A DNA stretch of 64,000 nucleotides from Macrostomum lignano (lineage: Eukaryota): NCBI GenBank assembly GCA_002269645.1, contig NIVC01000860.1, positions 186,001 to 250,000 on the forward strand, in the 5' to 3' direction. Both the position numbers and the translations under genes were made by a program. The notes under the pieces are model-generated. The model was given only the letters and a program-made list of their open reading frames with translations, searched no databases and was not told where the DNA came from. Below, in pieces: positions 1-13,287 of the stretch. Within the stretch, counting starts at the first letter, position 1; each line of letters opens with the position of its first letter.

Positions 1-350
1 CTTCACCAGAGAGGAAATGTCACTTTAACAGAGAGAGGAAATGTCACTTCACGAGAGAGGAAATGTCACTTCACGAGAGAGGAAATGTCACTTTAACAGA
101 GAGAGCAAATGTCACTTCACGAGAGAGGAAATGTCACTTCGCGAGAGAAGAGATGTCACTTCAAGAGAGAGGAAATGTCACTTCACGAGAGAGCAAATTT
201 CACTTCAAGAGATAAAGGAAATGTCTTCCAAGAGAGAGCAAATGTCACTTCACGAGAGAGGAAATGTCACTTCACGAGAGAGGAAATGTCACTTCACGAG
301 AGAGAAAATGTCACTTTACGTGAGAGGAAATGTCACTTCTCGAGAGAGTG
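1..350. repeat. 22-bp minisatellite (cacgagagaggaaatgtcactt), runs off the window start
   Basis: The unit is read directly, ~15 copies with small variants; ORFs 41..388 and 109..351 are its translations. Confidence 0.95.
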
Positions 351-488
351 ACCGTGTTAACTGGGTTTATTTTTGTGTCATACTGTGACATGGCTGAATC
401 ATATTTTTCGACAATAACAAGTAAATTGTACCTGCGACTGTGTAGTTCTAAGTTAGCTGTCCATGGAACGCCTGCAACGGGCAGCAAT

Positions 489-2438
489 TTAGCCGCAGTC
501 AACAGAGAAAATGCGGACCTCCCCGTTAATCCCAGAATTTTCCTCCCGATGCGGCGCTGCAGGCCGTGCCGTTGCAGGCAGAGCCGCCGCCTCCTCCGGC
601 GCATTCCGAGATGGCGCCGGCGCCGCCGCCGCTGTAGCCGCCGCCGCCGCCGCTGCCGCCGAAATAGCCGCTAGGAGCATAATTGGTCATTGTGCCCCTG
701 GCGCCACCGCCGCCTCCGCCGAAGCCGCCGTCTCCGGTAGTGATCGTGTCGCCGCGGACGCCGCCCAGCCAGCCGCCGACGCGGCTGAAGCCCCCGGTGC
801 CGTCGGTGGAGTAGACGACGGTGTTGGAGACCGTGTTGCCGTTCCAGCCGGCTCCAGGGCCACCTGGGCTGTGCCGGTTGTCCGGGTTGCCATGGAAACG
901 CGACGGGCCCACCCTGCCCGGCTCGCCTCCGGCGCCTCCGATACCCGTGTATTCGACTGCTATGTGATATGAAGAGTCCAGTCCGTTGCCAAGCGAGTTG
1001 CCGTTCCTACCTGAAAGGTTTTTGCTCGCTTATTAGCACGAATAAAAGACGAGCCTTAGCGGTTGGCAATTCTGGGCTTGAGTCGCAATACACCATGCGA
1101 ATAAGAACAAACCTCAAATTAAAGTGAGCTCGCACTGCATGAACTACCCAAAAACTCATCGCAAAACAACAGCTCCATTAGCTGCAGTTCTTACCATCCG
1201 CATAGTAGGATGCTCCGCCGCCTCCGCCAGCTGCGATGAGCAGCTGGTTGTTGCTGCTCATGTACACGAAGCTGCCGCCGCCGCCGCCTGAGCCGACAAA
1301 CCTCAAATTGGAGTCTTGGCCCGCCTGGCCAACAACAATGGCTAGATCCGTTCCGGCAGTAGGCTGAAGGTGCCAGCGACGGAAGCGCCTCTGCCGGGCT
1401 GCTTGGCCTTGATGTAGTCGTAGCCGCCTCTGGCTCCAAGGACTTCGATGCGGTAGCAGACGGTTGCCGTAATGTGCAAGGCTTGAACGGAGCCGTCCTT
1501 TCCCGAGCCTGTGGCTGCATTTACAATTTTACACGACTATTTGAACGAGGCTTGCATCGTCCGACAACCAACCTTTGCCCATTCCGCTGACTCCAGACCA
1601 GATACAAGCGCGCACTCGTACACACGCTCACACAGGGTGTGTCAGCGGCCCTGACTCTCTAATCAATAGACATGTACACTCTCTTTGTGCCCTGGGGGGT
1701 TTGGCCCAAAATTTCTGTGCAAGAGTCAGAGACGCATTTACCATTTAAGGCTAAATGACAGAAGTACGGCTCAGTGGTAGCGCGTCTGACTCATGCCAGT
1801 TGTGCCTAAGTTTGATACGCTCGTAGAATACGTGGCCAAATTAATTTGGGGCTCGTGTGCAAAAATTCCTCAATTACGACATTCTTAAGTTCTTATTGAA
1901 TTTCTTCAATGGACGTGCGATGGACGCTAATGAGGGCCGATCTCCCATGGCGCAGAGTGTGCACACTGTAAGTACGCGAATGCCTTGAGTAAACAGCCTA
2001 GTAGGTTGACAAATTTTGCATCTTACCGCCAAAGGTGATTCTCATCCTTCTCTCTTGCAGCAGCCTGGCAAAGTCAACCAAAGTCCAGATTATGACTCCA
2101 TTGCCGCTCTGAAGCTCCCTGCGCTGGTGCCTCTCGGTTGGCTGCAGTTGACCATTCGATTCATCATCAACGAAGACAAAATCGCAGGTGAAGTGACAGT
2201 CGCTTTTTCTCTTAGCAACCACGGCATCGCATTTTTTCTCCTGGCATTTTGTAGCGCAGTGAATGTCACTGTCTGCATCGGGGTCAAAGAGCAGCCGTGT
2301 GCTGTGAGCTTCCGTGATGTGGAGGGAGCTCGCAAACTCGTACTCACTCTGGCAGTAGATTGGGATTGCAATCGCTGCAATGAACAGTTTTAAGGTGATG
2401 GTTGAAGTTATGGAAACGAAAAAATCAACTACAAGCAT
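489..2438 (-). CDS. Secreted protein with PAN-like Cys segment and ALK/LTK-type glycine-rich domain (GRD); no kinase. Exons ~2438-2027, 1536-1195, 1010-489; two apparent 1-bp frameshifts
   Basis: The joined translation gives ...VQALHITATVCYRIEVLGARGG...GRGASVAGTFSL/GTDLAIVVGQAG...GSGGGGGSFV...LLIAAGGGGG...GGFGGGGGG...GGGGGYSGGG...GGGGGS...NSGINGEVRI*, the motif order of the ALK/LTK GRD. Donors GTAAG at 2026 and 1194; acceptors at 1537 and 1011. Frameshifts lie near 1360 and 540. The phase between exons 1 and 2 does not match, so a small exon or another error is likely. Confidence 0.75.
1575..1712 (-). mobile_element. Fragment of tRNA-derived SINE family (body only)
   Basis: Reverse-complement similarity to 26440-26600 (gtgtacatg...cagggccgctg..cac.cctgtgtgag). 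Confidence 0.6.
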
Positions 2439-2559
2439 GTCAGACGTGAGCACCACCTTACTCTTAGAAATTGAGTGACCGCTGAGCTTCCAACGCCACT
2501 TATTGAGAAACGATGTTTCACTTTAAGCGACATTGTCACACAACCGGCGAGAGGCATTA

Positions 2560-2712
2560 CTGCCCATTCCGCCAACTCCCCTGAGCAGGCATACAAGCGC
2601 ACAGGCACACACTCACACAGGAGTGTACAGCGGCCCTAACTTTATTTATCGTTAGGCATGTACACTTGGGGGGTTGGCCCTCAAGGCCGTTAATTGCACG
2701 AGCAGACACGAG
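2560..2712 (-). mobile_element. Fragment of the same SINE family
   Basis: gttaggcatgtacacttggggggttggccctcaaggccgtaattgcacgagc is the reverse complement of 26430-26500 and 29825-29890. Confidence 0.7.
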
Positions 2713-5291
2713 CGAAAAACGATAATAAGAAGCATATGGAAAAAATCAAGTCAATGTCGGATTAACTTACCAATAATTGAGAACAGAAGAGTTACTGTGC
2801 TCTTGATTGAGAGAGCCATTTAGAAATATTGTGTTGAGTATCTCTGTCTTTTTCTAGTGCAGTTCTACCTGTAGAATAGATTAAAAGCATCAATTTTATT
2901 GGGGATTTTTTCGACGTGCAACCACCTCTTATACCATAGCGACCAACCAAGCAGCATTTTCGTGGGTAGGTAGAGTGTTTGCAGGCCATTGTCATTTAGG
3001 CGGCAGTGATTGCGTTATGCTCAGCCAGTTATTTGTGTTGCTAAGCTACAAGCGTACGTGCATATCAATGCAGTTGGATGCATACGTGTATAGCCCATAT
3101 GTCCCGTTCGACTCTCATTGGCACTTTCGCTGTTAATTAATAGACCTCCCCATCACCACATTCTGCCTTCTCTTGGAAAAAGGGGATTTAATTGTTAATA
3201 ATAATTATTATTGATATTGATATTGATAATTATTGATAATATAGCAAGATCACTAATAATAAGCCTTACAAATATCAAACTCCAAAACACCAGTCACTGC
3301 CCTCTCTCCTGTTGACCAGACTGATTTTAGCGCATGGCTCTCTCTGTGCCATTCTCTACTTTAGCCATACCTTCCAACTGCGGCTCAAACTGCTCCCAGT
3401 TGAGTCCAAATTGATTTCTTTTGTCTATGGTTTGTCTATGGCTTATCTATGGTTTGTCTTTGGTTTGTCTTTGGGTTTATCTATGGTTTGTCTATGGTTT
3501 ATCTATGTTTTATCTATCGTTTGCCTTGGTTTATCTATGGTTTGTTTTTGCTTTGTCTATGGTTTGTCTTTGGTGTATATATGGGTTGTCTATGCTTTAT
3601 CCAAGTTTTGTCTATAGTTTGTCTATGGGTGTGTCAATGGGTTTTTCTATGGTTTATCTATGGTTTTTCGATGGTTTGTCGATGATTTATTCATGTTTGT
3701 CTATAATTTGTCTATGTTTTTTCTATATAAAATTTTACGACCTTTGACAAATTTTATCGAAGAAAAATCCATTTGTCAAACTTATACGAGTCACTTTCGC
3801 GTCTATGCTTCCTATGATTTTCTCTCGTCCTACTCTCTCGTCTAAAGCCCCCAAAAGCCCCAGTTAATAAAATTCAAATCAGCATTGTATGCACGAAGCT
3901 TCGCATTGAGTAGGGACCACCACTCGATTTGAGGCTATAATGCTCTTCTCTCATCCACTGAGACTCATGGTTGCTAAGCAACACCAGATAAACAGAATCT
4001 CAGCTGCACAGTGTTTTAAGGCACTCAAGCGTAATAGTAGAAACTACCGTGACAGAAGCACGCGGGGCAGGAACTGCGGAGTCTAAAGCAGTAAATTATG
4101 CTATAAAATTTTCAAAAATTTCAGTTGTAAAATCACAATGTAGCTTGGGGATTTTTTTCGACGTGCAACCACCTCTTATACCATAGCGACCAACCAAGCA
4201 GCATTTTCGTGGGTAGGTAGAGTGTTCGCAGGCCATTGTCATTTAGGCGGCAGTGATTGCGTTATGCTCAGCCAGTTATTTGTGTTGCTAAGCTGCAAGC
4301 GTACGCGCATATCAATGCAGTTGGATGCATACGTGTATAGCCCATATGTCCCGTTTGATTCTCATTGGCACTTTCGCTGTTAATTAATAGACCTCCCCAT
4401 CAGCACATTCTGCCTTCATTTGGAAAAAGGGGATTTAATTGTTAATAATAATTATTATTGATATTGATATTGATAATTATTAATAATATAGCAAGCTCAC
4501 TAATAATAAGCCTTACAAATATCAAACTCCAAAACACCAGTCACTGCCCTCTCTCCTGTTGACCAGACTGATTTTAGCGCATGGCTCTCTCTGTGCCATT
4601 CTCTACTTTAGCCATACCTTCCAACTGCGGCTCAAACTGCTCCCAGTTGAGTCCAAATTGATTTCTGTTGTCTATGTTTTGTCTGTGGTTTATCTATGGT
4701 TTATCTATGGTTTGTCATTGGTTTGTCTATAATTTGTCTATGGCTAATCTATTGTTTATCTATGGTTTGTCTATGGTTTATCTATGGTTTATCTATGGTT
4801 TGTCTATAATTTATCTATGGTCTGTCTATGGTTTATCTATGATTTTTCTACGGTTTATCAATGGTTTGTTTTTTGTTTATCAATGGTTTTTTTTGGTTTA
4901 TCTATGGTTTGTCTATGAGTTGTCTATGGGTTTGTCTATGGTTAGTGTTGCTTCTGAGTCGGAAAACGGAGACGAACCGGTTTTGTGGCTAGCCTCCAGC
5001 TTGGCCTTTTTCGGTCTAAATTCTAGCGCTCCAGTTGAGCAGCTCTGAGTTACTAACGCTAGTGTATTTTGGGCTCGATCAGCCGTGGTTCAATCGAAAC
5101 CTATACAAGCAGCAGAGGTTGTGGACATAGACGATTCTCAATCTGCTTCATCGTCTCAAATAAAAGTGCACATGCCTGTAGTCCAACAGTTTGTCTATGG
5201 GTTTGTCTATGGGTTGCCTTTGGTTTATCTATGGTTTGTCTTTGGTTTATATATATGGTTTATCTATGGTTTGTCTATGCGTTTTGCTATG

Positions 5292-5846
5292 AGGCCGTAT
5301 GAATAAACTGAGCAAATGCTCAAACTCAAGCAAATGCTCAGGTCAGTAAGAATAAGCTGAGCTCTTACTCAGGAGCAAATACTCAGTAGTAAATACTCCA
5401 AAGTATTTTCTCAGATTCCTGAGAAAGTTCTCGGCTGCAGAGCAATTGCTCCAGTCAGTAAGAATAAAAAACATGGTCATAGACAAAAGAGCGGAGCAAT
5501 TGCTCAAAAAAACGCTGAGGCAGCTCTAAAGCTGACTCAGTCGGTAAAAGCCACTGTGTTTCCATTTTTTCTCTTGTAAGAAATCTCTTGCTATTTCTTT
5601 AATCAGGCTCTTTTTTCACATGGAAGTCCTAGTCTATGGTCAAGATTCAAGTGAACTCAAGCCTAAAGCAGCCAGGCTGCTGCTCAAGCGGCTGAGCAAT
5701 TACTCTGAGTCTGAGTTTTTTGTTTATTCATACTGAATTGTTGCATTTGCTCGGACTCAGAGCATTTACGCAGCCTCGAGAAAATGCTCCAGCTCAGAGT
5801 GCTAGCATTTGCTCAAGAGCATTTGCTCAGTTTATTCATACGGCCT
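5292..5846. mobile_element. 555-bp MITE, PIF/Harbinger-like (AGGCC termini, 3-bp TSD ATG)
   Basis: TIR aggccgtatgaataaactgagcaaatgctc / gagcatttgctcagtttattcatacggcct, flanked by atg on both sides. Confidence 0.8.
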
Positions 5847-8021
5847 ATGGTTTGTCTATGCTTTATCTATGGTTTGTCTTTAGTTTATATATGGGTTGTC
5901 TATGGTTTGTCTATGGTTTGTCTATGGTTTGTCTTTTGGTTTGTCTTTGGTTTGTCTATGGTTTTTCTATAGTTTGTCTATGGGTTGTCTATAATTTGTC
6001 TATAGTTTGTCTATGGTTTTTTTTCGATGGTTTGTCGATGGTTTGTCTATGGTTTATCTATAGTTTCTATAGTTTGTCTATGGGTTGTCTATAATTTGTC
6101 TATAGTTTGTCTATGGTTTTTTTTCGATGGTTTGTCGATGGTTTGTCTATGGTTTGTCTATGGTTTGTCCATGGGTTTGTCTATTGTCTTTGGTTTATCT
6201 ATGGTTTGTCTATGGTTTGTCTATGGGTTTGTCTATGGGTTTGTCTATGGGTTGTCTTTGGTTGATCTTGGTTTGTCTATGGTTTGTCTATGGGTTTATT
6301 TATGGTTTGTCTATGGTTTGTCTATGGTTTGTCTTTGGTGTATATATGGGTTGTCTATGCTTTATCCAAGTTTTGTCTATAGTTTGTCTATGGGTGTGTC
6401 AATGGGTTTTTCTATGGTTTATCTATGGTTTTTCGATGGTTTGTCGATGATTTATTCATGTTTGTCTATAATTTGTCTATGTTTTTTCTATATAAAATTT
6501 TACGACCTTTGACAAATTTTATCGAAGAAAAATCCATTTGTCAAACTTATACGAGTCACTTTCGCGTCTATGCTTCCTATGATTTTCTCTCGTCCTACTC
6601 TCTCGTCTAAAGCCCCCAAAAGCCCCAGTTAATAAAATTCAAATCAGCATTGTATGCACGAAGCTTCGCATTGAGTAGGGACCACCACTCGATTTGAGGC
6701 TATAATGCTCTTCTCTCATCCACTGAGACTCATGGTTGCTAAGCAACACCAGATAAACAGAATCTCAGCTGCACAGTGTTTTAAGGCACTCAAGCGTAAT
6801 AGTAGAAACTACCGTGACAGAAGCACGCGGGGCAGGAACTGCGGAGTCTAAAGCAGTAAATTATGCTATAAAATTTTCAAAAATTTCAGTTGTAAAATCA
6901 CAATGTAGCTTGGGGATTTTTTTCGACGTGCAACCACCTCTTATACCATAGCGACCAACCAAGCAGCATTTTCGTGGGTAGGTAGAGTGTTCGCAGGCCA
7001 TTGTCATTTAGGCGGCAGTGATTGCGTTATGCTCAGCCAGTTATTTGTGTTGCTAAGCTGCAAGCGTACGCGCATATCAATGCAGTTGGATGCATACGTG
7101 TATAGCCCATATGTCCCGTTTGATTCTCATTGGCACTTTCGCTGTTAATTAATAGACCTCCCCATCAGCACATTCTGCCTTCATTTGGAAAAAGGGGATT
7201 TAATTGTTAATAATAATTATTATTGATATTGATATTGATAATTATTAATAATATAGCAAGCTCACTAATAATAAGCCTTACAAATATCAAACTCCAAAAC
7301 ACCAGTCACTGCCCTCTCTCCTGTTGACCAGACTGATTTTAGCGCATGGCTCTCTCTGTGCCATTCTCTACTTTAGCCATACCTTCCAACTGCGGCTCAA
7401 ACTGCTCCCAGTTGAGTCCAAATTGATTTCTGTTGTCTATGTTTTGTCTGTGGTTTATCTATGGTTTATCTATGGTTTGTCATTGGTTTGTCTATAATTT
7501 GTCTATGGCTAATCTATTGTTTATCTATGGTTTGTCTATGGTTTATCTATGGTTTATCTATGGTTTGTCTATAATTTATCTATGGTCTGTCTATGGTTTA
7601 TCTATGATTTTTCTACGGTTTATCAATGGTTTGTTTTTTGTTTATCAATGGTTTTTTTTGGTTTATCTATGGTTTGTCTATGAGTTGTCTATGGGTTTGT
7701 CTATGGTTAGTGTTGCTTCTGAGTCGGAAAACGGAGACGAACCGGTTTTGTGGCTAGCCTCCAGCTTGGCCTTTTTCGGTCTAAATTCTAGCGCTCCAGT
7801 TGAGCAGCTCTGAGTTACTAACGCTAGTGTATTTTGGGCTCGATCAGCCGTGGTTCAATCGAAACCTATACAAGCAGCAGAGGTTGTGGACATAGACGAT
7901 TCTCAATCTGCTTCATCGTCTCAAATAAAAGTGCACATGCCTGTAGTCCAACAGTTTGTCTATGGGTTTGTCTATGGGTTGCCTTTGGTTTATCTATGGT
8001 TTGTCTATGCGTTTTGCTATG

Positions 8022-8576
8022 AGGCCGTATGAATAAACTGAGCAAATGCTCAAACTCAAGCAAATGCTCAGGTCAGTAAGAATAAGCTGAGCTCTTACTC
8101 AGGAGCAAATACTCAGTAGTAAATACTCCAAAGTATTTTCTCAGATTCCTGAGAAAGTTCTCGGCTGCAGAGCAATTGCTCCAGTCAGTAAGAATAAAAA
8201 ACATGGTCATAGACAAAAGAGCGGAGCAATTGCTCAAAAAAACGCTGAGGCAGCTCTAAAGCTGACTCAGTCGGTAAAAGCCACTGTGTTTCCATTTTTT
8301 CTCTTGTAAGAAATCTCTTGCTATTTCTTTAATCAGGCTCTTTTTTCACATGGAAGTCCTAGTCTATGGTCAAGATTCAAGTGAACTCAAGCCTAAAGCA
8401 GCCAGGCTGCTGCTCAAGCGGCTGAGCAATTACTCTGAGTCTGAGTTTTTTGTTTATTCATACTGAATTGTTGCATTTGCTCGGACTCAGAGCATTTACG
8501 CAGCCTCGAGAAAATGCTCCAGCTCAGAGTGCTAGCATTTGCTCAAGAGCATTTGCTCAGTTTATTCATACGGCCT
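8022..8576. mobile_element. Second copy of the 555-bp Harbinger-like MITE (amplified with the array)
   Basis: Same TIRs and ATG TSD. Confidence 0.8.
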
Positions 8577-10786
8577 ATGGTTTGTCTATGCTTTATCTAT
8601 GGTTTGTCTTTAGTTTATATATGGGTTGTCTATGGTTTGTCTATGGTTTGTCTATGGTTTGTCTTTTGGTTTGTCTTTGGTTTGTCTATGGTTTTTCTAT
8701 AGTTTGTCTATGGGTTGTCTATAATTTGTCTATAGTTTGTCTATGGTTTTTTTTCGATGGTTTGTCGATGGTTTGTCTATGGTTTATCTATAGTTTCTAT
8801 AGTTTGTCTATGGGTTGTCTATAATTTGTCTATAGTTTGTCTATGGTTTTTTTCTATGGTTTGTCGATGGTTTGTCTATGGTTTGTCTATGGTTTGTCCA
8901 TGGGTTTGTCTATTGTCTTTGGTTTATCTATGGTTTGTCTATGGTTTGTCTATGGGTTTGTCTATGGGTTTGTCTATGGGTTGTCTTTGGTTGATCTTTG
9001 GTTTGTCTATGGTTTGTCTATGGGTTTATTTATGGTTTGTCTATGGTTTGTCTATGGTTTGTCTTTGGTGTATATATGGGTTGTCTATGCTTTATCCAAG
9101 TTTTGTCTATAGTTTGTCTATGGGTGTGTCAATGGGTTTTTCTATGGTTTATCTATGGTTTTTCGATGGTTTGTCGATGATTTATTCATGTTTGTCTATA
9201 ATTTGTCTATGTTTTTTCTATATAAAATTTTACGACCTTTGACAAATTTTATCGAAGAAAAATCCATTTGTCAAACTTATACGAGTCACTTTCGCGTCTA
9301 TGCTTCCTATGATTTTCTCTCGTCCTACTCTCTCGTCTAAAGCCCCCAAAAGCCCCAGTTAATAAAATTCAAATCAGCATTGTATGCACGAAGCTTCGCA
9401 TTGAGTAGGGACCACCACTCGATTTGAGGCTATAATGCTCTTCTCTCATCCACTGAGACTCATGGTTGCTAAGCAACACCAGATAAACAGAATCTCAGCT
9501 GCACAGTGTTTTAAGGCACTCAAGCGTAATAGTAGAAACTACCGTGACAGAAGCACGCGGGGCAGGAACTGCGGAGTCTAAAGCAGTAAATTATGCTATA
9601 AAATTTTCAAAAATTTCAGTTGTAAAATCACAATGTAGCTTGGGGATTTTTTTCGACGTGCAACCACCTCTTATACCATAGCGACCAACCAAGCAGCATT
9701 TTCGTGGGTAGGTAGAGTGTTCGCAGGCCATTGTCATTTAGGCGGCAGTGATTGCGTTATGCTCAGCCAGTTATTTGTGTTGCTAAGCTACAAGCGTACG
9801 CGCATATCAATGCAGTTGGATGCATACGTGTATAGCCCATATGTCCCGTTTGATTCTCATTGGCACTTTCGCTGTTAATTAATAGACCTCCCCATCAGCA
9901 CATTCTGCCTTCATTTGGAAAAAGGGGATTTAATTGTTAATAATAATTATTATTGATATTGATATTGATAATTATTAATAATATAGCAAGCTCACTAATA
10001 ATAAGCCTTACAAATATCAAACTCCAAAACACCAGTCACTGCCCTCTCTCCTGTTGACCAGACTGATTTTAGCGCATGGCTCTCTCTGTGCCATTCTCTA
10101 CTTTAGCCATACCTTCCAACTGCGGCTCAAACTGCTCCCAGTTGAGTCCAAATTGATTTCTGTTGTCTATGTTTTGTCTGTGGTTTATCTATGGTTTATC
10201 TATGGTTTGTCATTGGTTTGTCTATAATTTGTCTATGGCTAATCTATTGTTTATCTATGGTTTGTCTATGGTTTATCTATGGTTTATCTATGGTTTGTCT
10301 ATAATTTATCTATGGTCTGTCTATGGTTTATCTATGATTTTTCTACGGTTTATCAATGGTTTGTTTTTTGTTTATCAATGGTTTTTTTTGGTTTATCTAT
10401 GGTTTGTCTATGAGTTGTCTATGGGTTTGTCTATGGTTAGTGTTGCTTCTGAGTCGGAAAACGGAGACGAACCGGTTTTGTGGCTAGCCTCCAGCTTGGC
10501 CTTTTTCGGTCTAAATTCTAGCGCTCCAGTTGAGCAGCTCTGAGTTACTAACGCTAGTGTATTTTGGGCTCGATCAGCCGTGGTTCAATCGAAACCTATA
10601 CAAGCAGCAGAGGTTGTGGACATAGACGATTCTCAATCTGCTTCATCGTCTCAAATAAAAGTGCACATGCCTGTAGTCCAACAGTTTGTCTATGGGTTTG
10701 TCTATGGGTTGCCTTTGGTTTATCTATGGTTTGTCTTTGGTTTATATATATGGTTTATCTATGGTTTGTCTATGCGTTTTGCTATG

Positions 10787-11341
10787 AGGCCGTATGAATA
10801 AACTGAGCAAATGCTCAAACTCAAGCAAATGCTCAGGTCAGTAAGAATAAGCTGAGCTCTTACTCAGGAGCAAATACTCAGTAGTAAATACTCCAAAGTA
10901 TTTTCTCAGATTCCTGAGAAAGTTCTCGGCTGCAGAGCAATTGCTCCAGTCAGTAAGAATAAAAAACATGGTCATAGACAAAAGAGCGGAGCAATTGCTC
11001 AAAAAAACGCTGAGGCAGCTCTAAAGCTGACTCAGTCGGTAAAAGCCACTGTGTTTCCATTTTTTCTCTTGTAAGAAATCTCTTGCTATTTCTTTAATCA
11101 GGCTCTTTTTTCACATGGAAGTCCTAGTCTATGGTCAAGATTCAAGTGAACTCAAGCCTAAAGCAGCCAGGCTGCTGCTCAAGCGGCTGAGCAATTACTC
11201 TGAGTCTGAGTTTTTTGTTTATTCATACTGAATTGTTGCATTTGCTCGGACTCAGAGCATTTACGCAGCCTCGAGAAAATGCTCCAGCTCAGAGTGCTAG
11301 CATTTGCTCAAGAGCATTTGCTCAGTTTATTCATACGGCCT
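10787..11341. mobile_element. Third copy of the 555-bp Harbinger-like MITE
   Basis: Same TIRs and ATG TSD. Confidence 0.8.
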
Positions 11342-13287
11342 ATGGTTTGTCTATGCTTTATCTATGGTTTGTCTTTAGTTTATATATGGGTTGTCTATGG
11401 TTTGTCTATGGTTTGTCTATGGTTTGTCTTTTGGTTTGTCTTTGGTTTGTCTATGGTTTTTCTATAGTTTGTCTATGGGTTGTCTATAATTTGTCTATAG
11501 TTTGTCTATGGTTTTTTTTCGATGGTTTGTCGATGGTTTGTCTATGGTTTATCTATAGTTTCTATAGTTTGTCTATGGGTTGTCTATAATTTGTCTATAG
11601 TTTGTCTATGGTTTTTTTTCGATGGTTTGTCGATGGTTTGTCTATGGTTTGTCTATGGTTTGTCCATGGGTTTGTCTATTGTCTTTGGTTTATCTATGGT
11701 TTGTCTATGGTTTGTCTATGGGTTTGTCTATGGGTTTGTCTATGGGTTGTCTTTGGTTGATCTTTGGTTTGTCTATGGTTTGTCTATGGGTTTATTTATG
11801 GTTTGTCTATGGTTTGTCTATGGTTTGTCTTTGGTGTATATATGGGTTGTCTATGCTTTATCCAAGTTTTGTCTATAGTTTGTCTATGGGTGTGTCAATG
11901 GGTTTTTCTATGGTTTATCTATGGTTTTTCGATGGTTTGTCGATGATTTATTCATGTTTGTCTATAATTTGTCTATGTTTTTTCTATATAAAATTTTACG
12001 ACCTTTGACAAATTTTATCGAAGAAAAATCCATTTGTCAAACTTATACGAGTCACTTTCGCGTCTATGCTTCCTATGATTTTCTCTCGTCCTACTCTCTC
12101 GTCTAAAGCCCCAAAAGCCCCAGTTAATAAAATTCAAATCAGCATTGTATGCACGAAGCTTCGCATTGAGTAGGGACCACCACTCGATTTGAGGCTATAA
12201 TGCTCTTCTCTCATCCACTGAGACTCATGGTTGCTAAGCAACACCAGATAAACAGAATCTCAGCTGCACAGTGTTTTAAGGCACTCAAGCGTAATAGTAG
12301 AAACTACCGTGACAGAAGCACGCGGGGCAGGAACTGCGGAGTCTAAAGCAGTAAATTATGCTATAAAATTTTCAAAAATTTCAGTTGTAAAATCACAATG
12401 TAGCTTGGGGATTTTTTTCGACGTGCAACCACCTCTTATACCATAGCGACCAACCAAGCAGCATTTTCGTGGGTAGGTAGAGTGTTCGCAGGCCATTGTC
12501 ATTTAGGCGGCAGTGATTGCGTTATGCTCAGCCAGTTATTTGTGTTGCTAAGCTACAAGCGTACGCGCATATCAATGCAGTTGGATGCATACGTGTATAG
12601 CCCATATGTCCCGTTTGATTCTCATTGGCACTTTCGCTGTTAATTAATAGACCTCCCCATCAGCACATTCTGCCTTCATTTGGAAAAAGGGGATTTAATT
12701 GTTAATAATAATTATTATTGATATTGATATTGATAATTATTAATAATATAGCAAGCTCACTAATAATAAGCCTTACAAATATCAAACTCCAAAACACCAG
12801 TCACTGCCCTCTCTCCTGTTGACCAGACTGATTTTAGCGCATGGCTCTCTCTGTGCCATTCTCTACTTTAGCCATACCTTCAAACTGCTCCCAGTTGAAT
12901 CCGAATTGATTTCTTTTGTCTTTGGTTTGTCTATGGGTTGTCTATGGGTTGTCTATGGGTTTTTCTATGCTTTGCCTATGATTTATCTATGGTTTGTCTA
13001 TGGGTTTATCTATGGGTTGTCTATGGGTTGTCTTTGGGTTTGTCTATGGGTTGTCTATGGGTTGTCTTTGGGTTTGTCTATGGGTTGTCTTTGGGTTTGT
13101 CTATGGTTTGTCTATGGTTTGTCTATGGTTTGTCTATGGTTTGTCTATGGGTTGTCTATGGGTTGTCTATGGTTTGTCTATGGTTTGTCTATGGGTTGTC
13201 TATGGTTTGTCTATGGTTTGTCTATGGCTTGTCTGTGGTTTATCTACGGTCTGTCAATGGGTTGTGTATGGTTTATCTATGGTTTTA

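Larger units (their letters stand above)
2900..13280. repeat. Tandem array of ~2.73-2.77 kb units (3 full units plus an internally deleted first unit and a partial last unit)
   Basis: The marker ggggattttttcgacgtgcaacc recurs at ~2901, 4147, 6912, 9642 and 12407. Identical ORFs recur at 4668/7433/10163 and 5720/8450/11215. Confidence 0.97.
3415..13280. repeat. Blocks of 11-bp minisatellite (ggtttgtctat)n within each large unit
   Basis: Read directly; it produces the many spurious hydrophobic GLSMVCLWFVY ORFs. Confidence 0.95.

Noticed and set aside
1769-1830. tRNA gene candidates here and at 23480-23566 and 26326-26395
   Set aside because: No complete cloverleaf or acceptor stem; A/B-box heads continue into repeat bodies, so they are SINE-derived.
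2792-2995. Small minus ORF with exon-like end (GRTALEKDRDTQHNISKWLSQSRAQ*) and RPKKAKLE scrap in the array unit
   Set aside because: May be remnants of a TE-associated gene, but no consistent exon chain or recognisable domain could be assembled.
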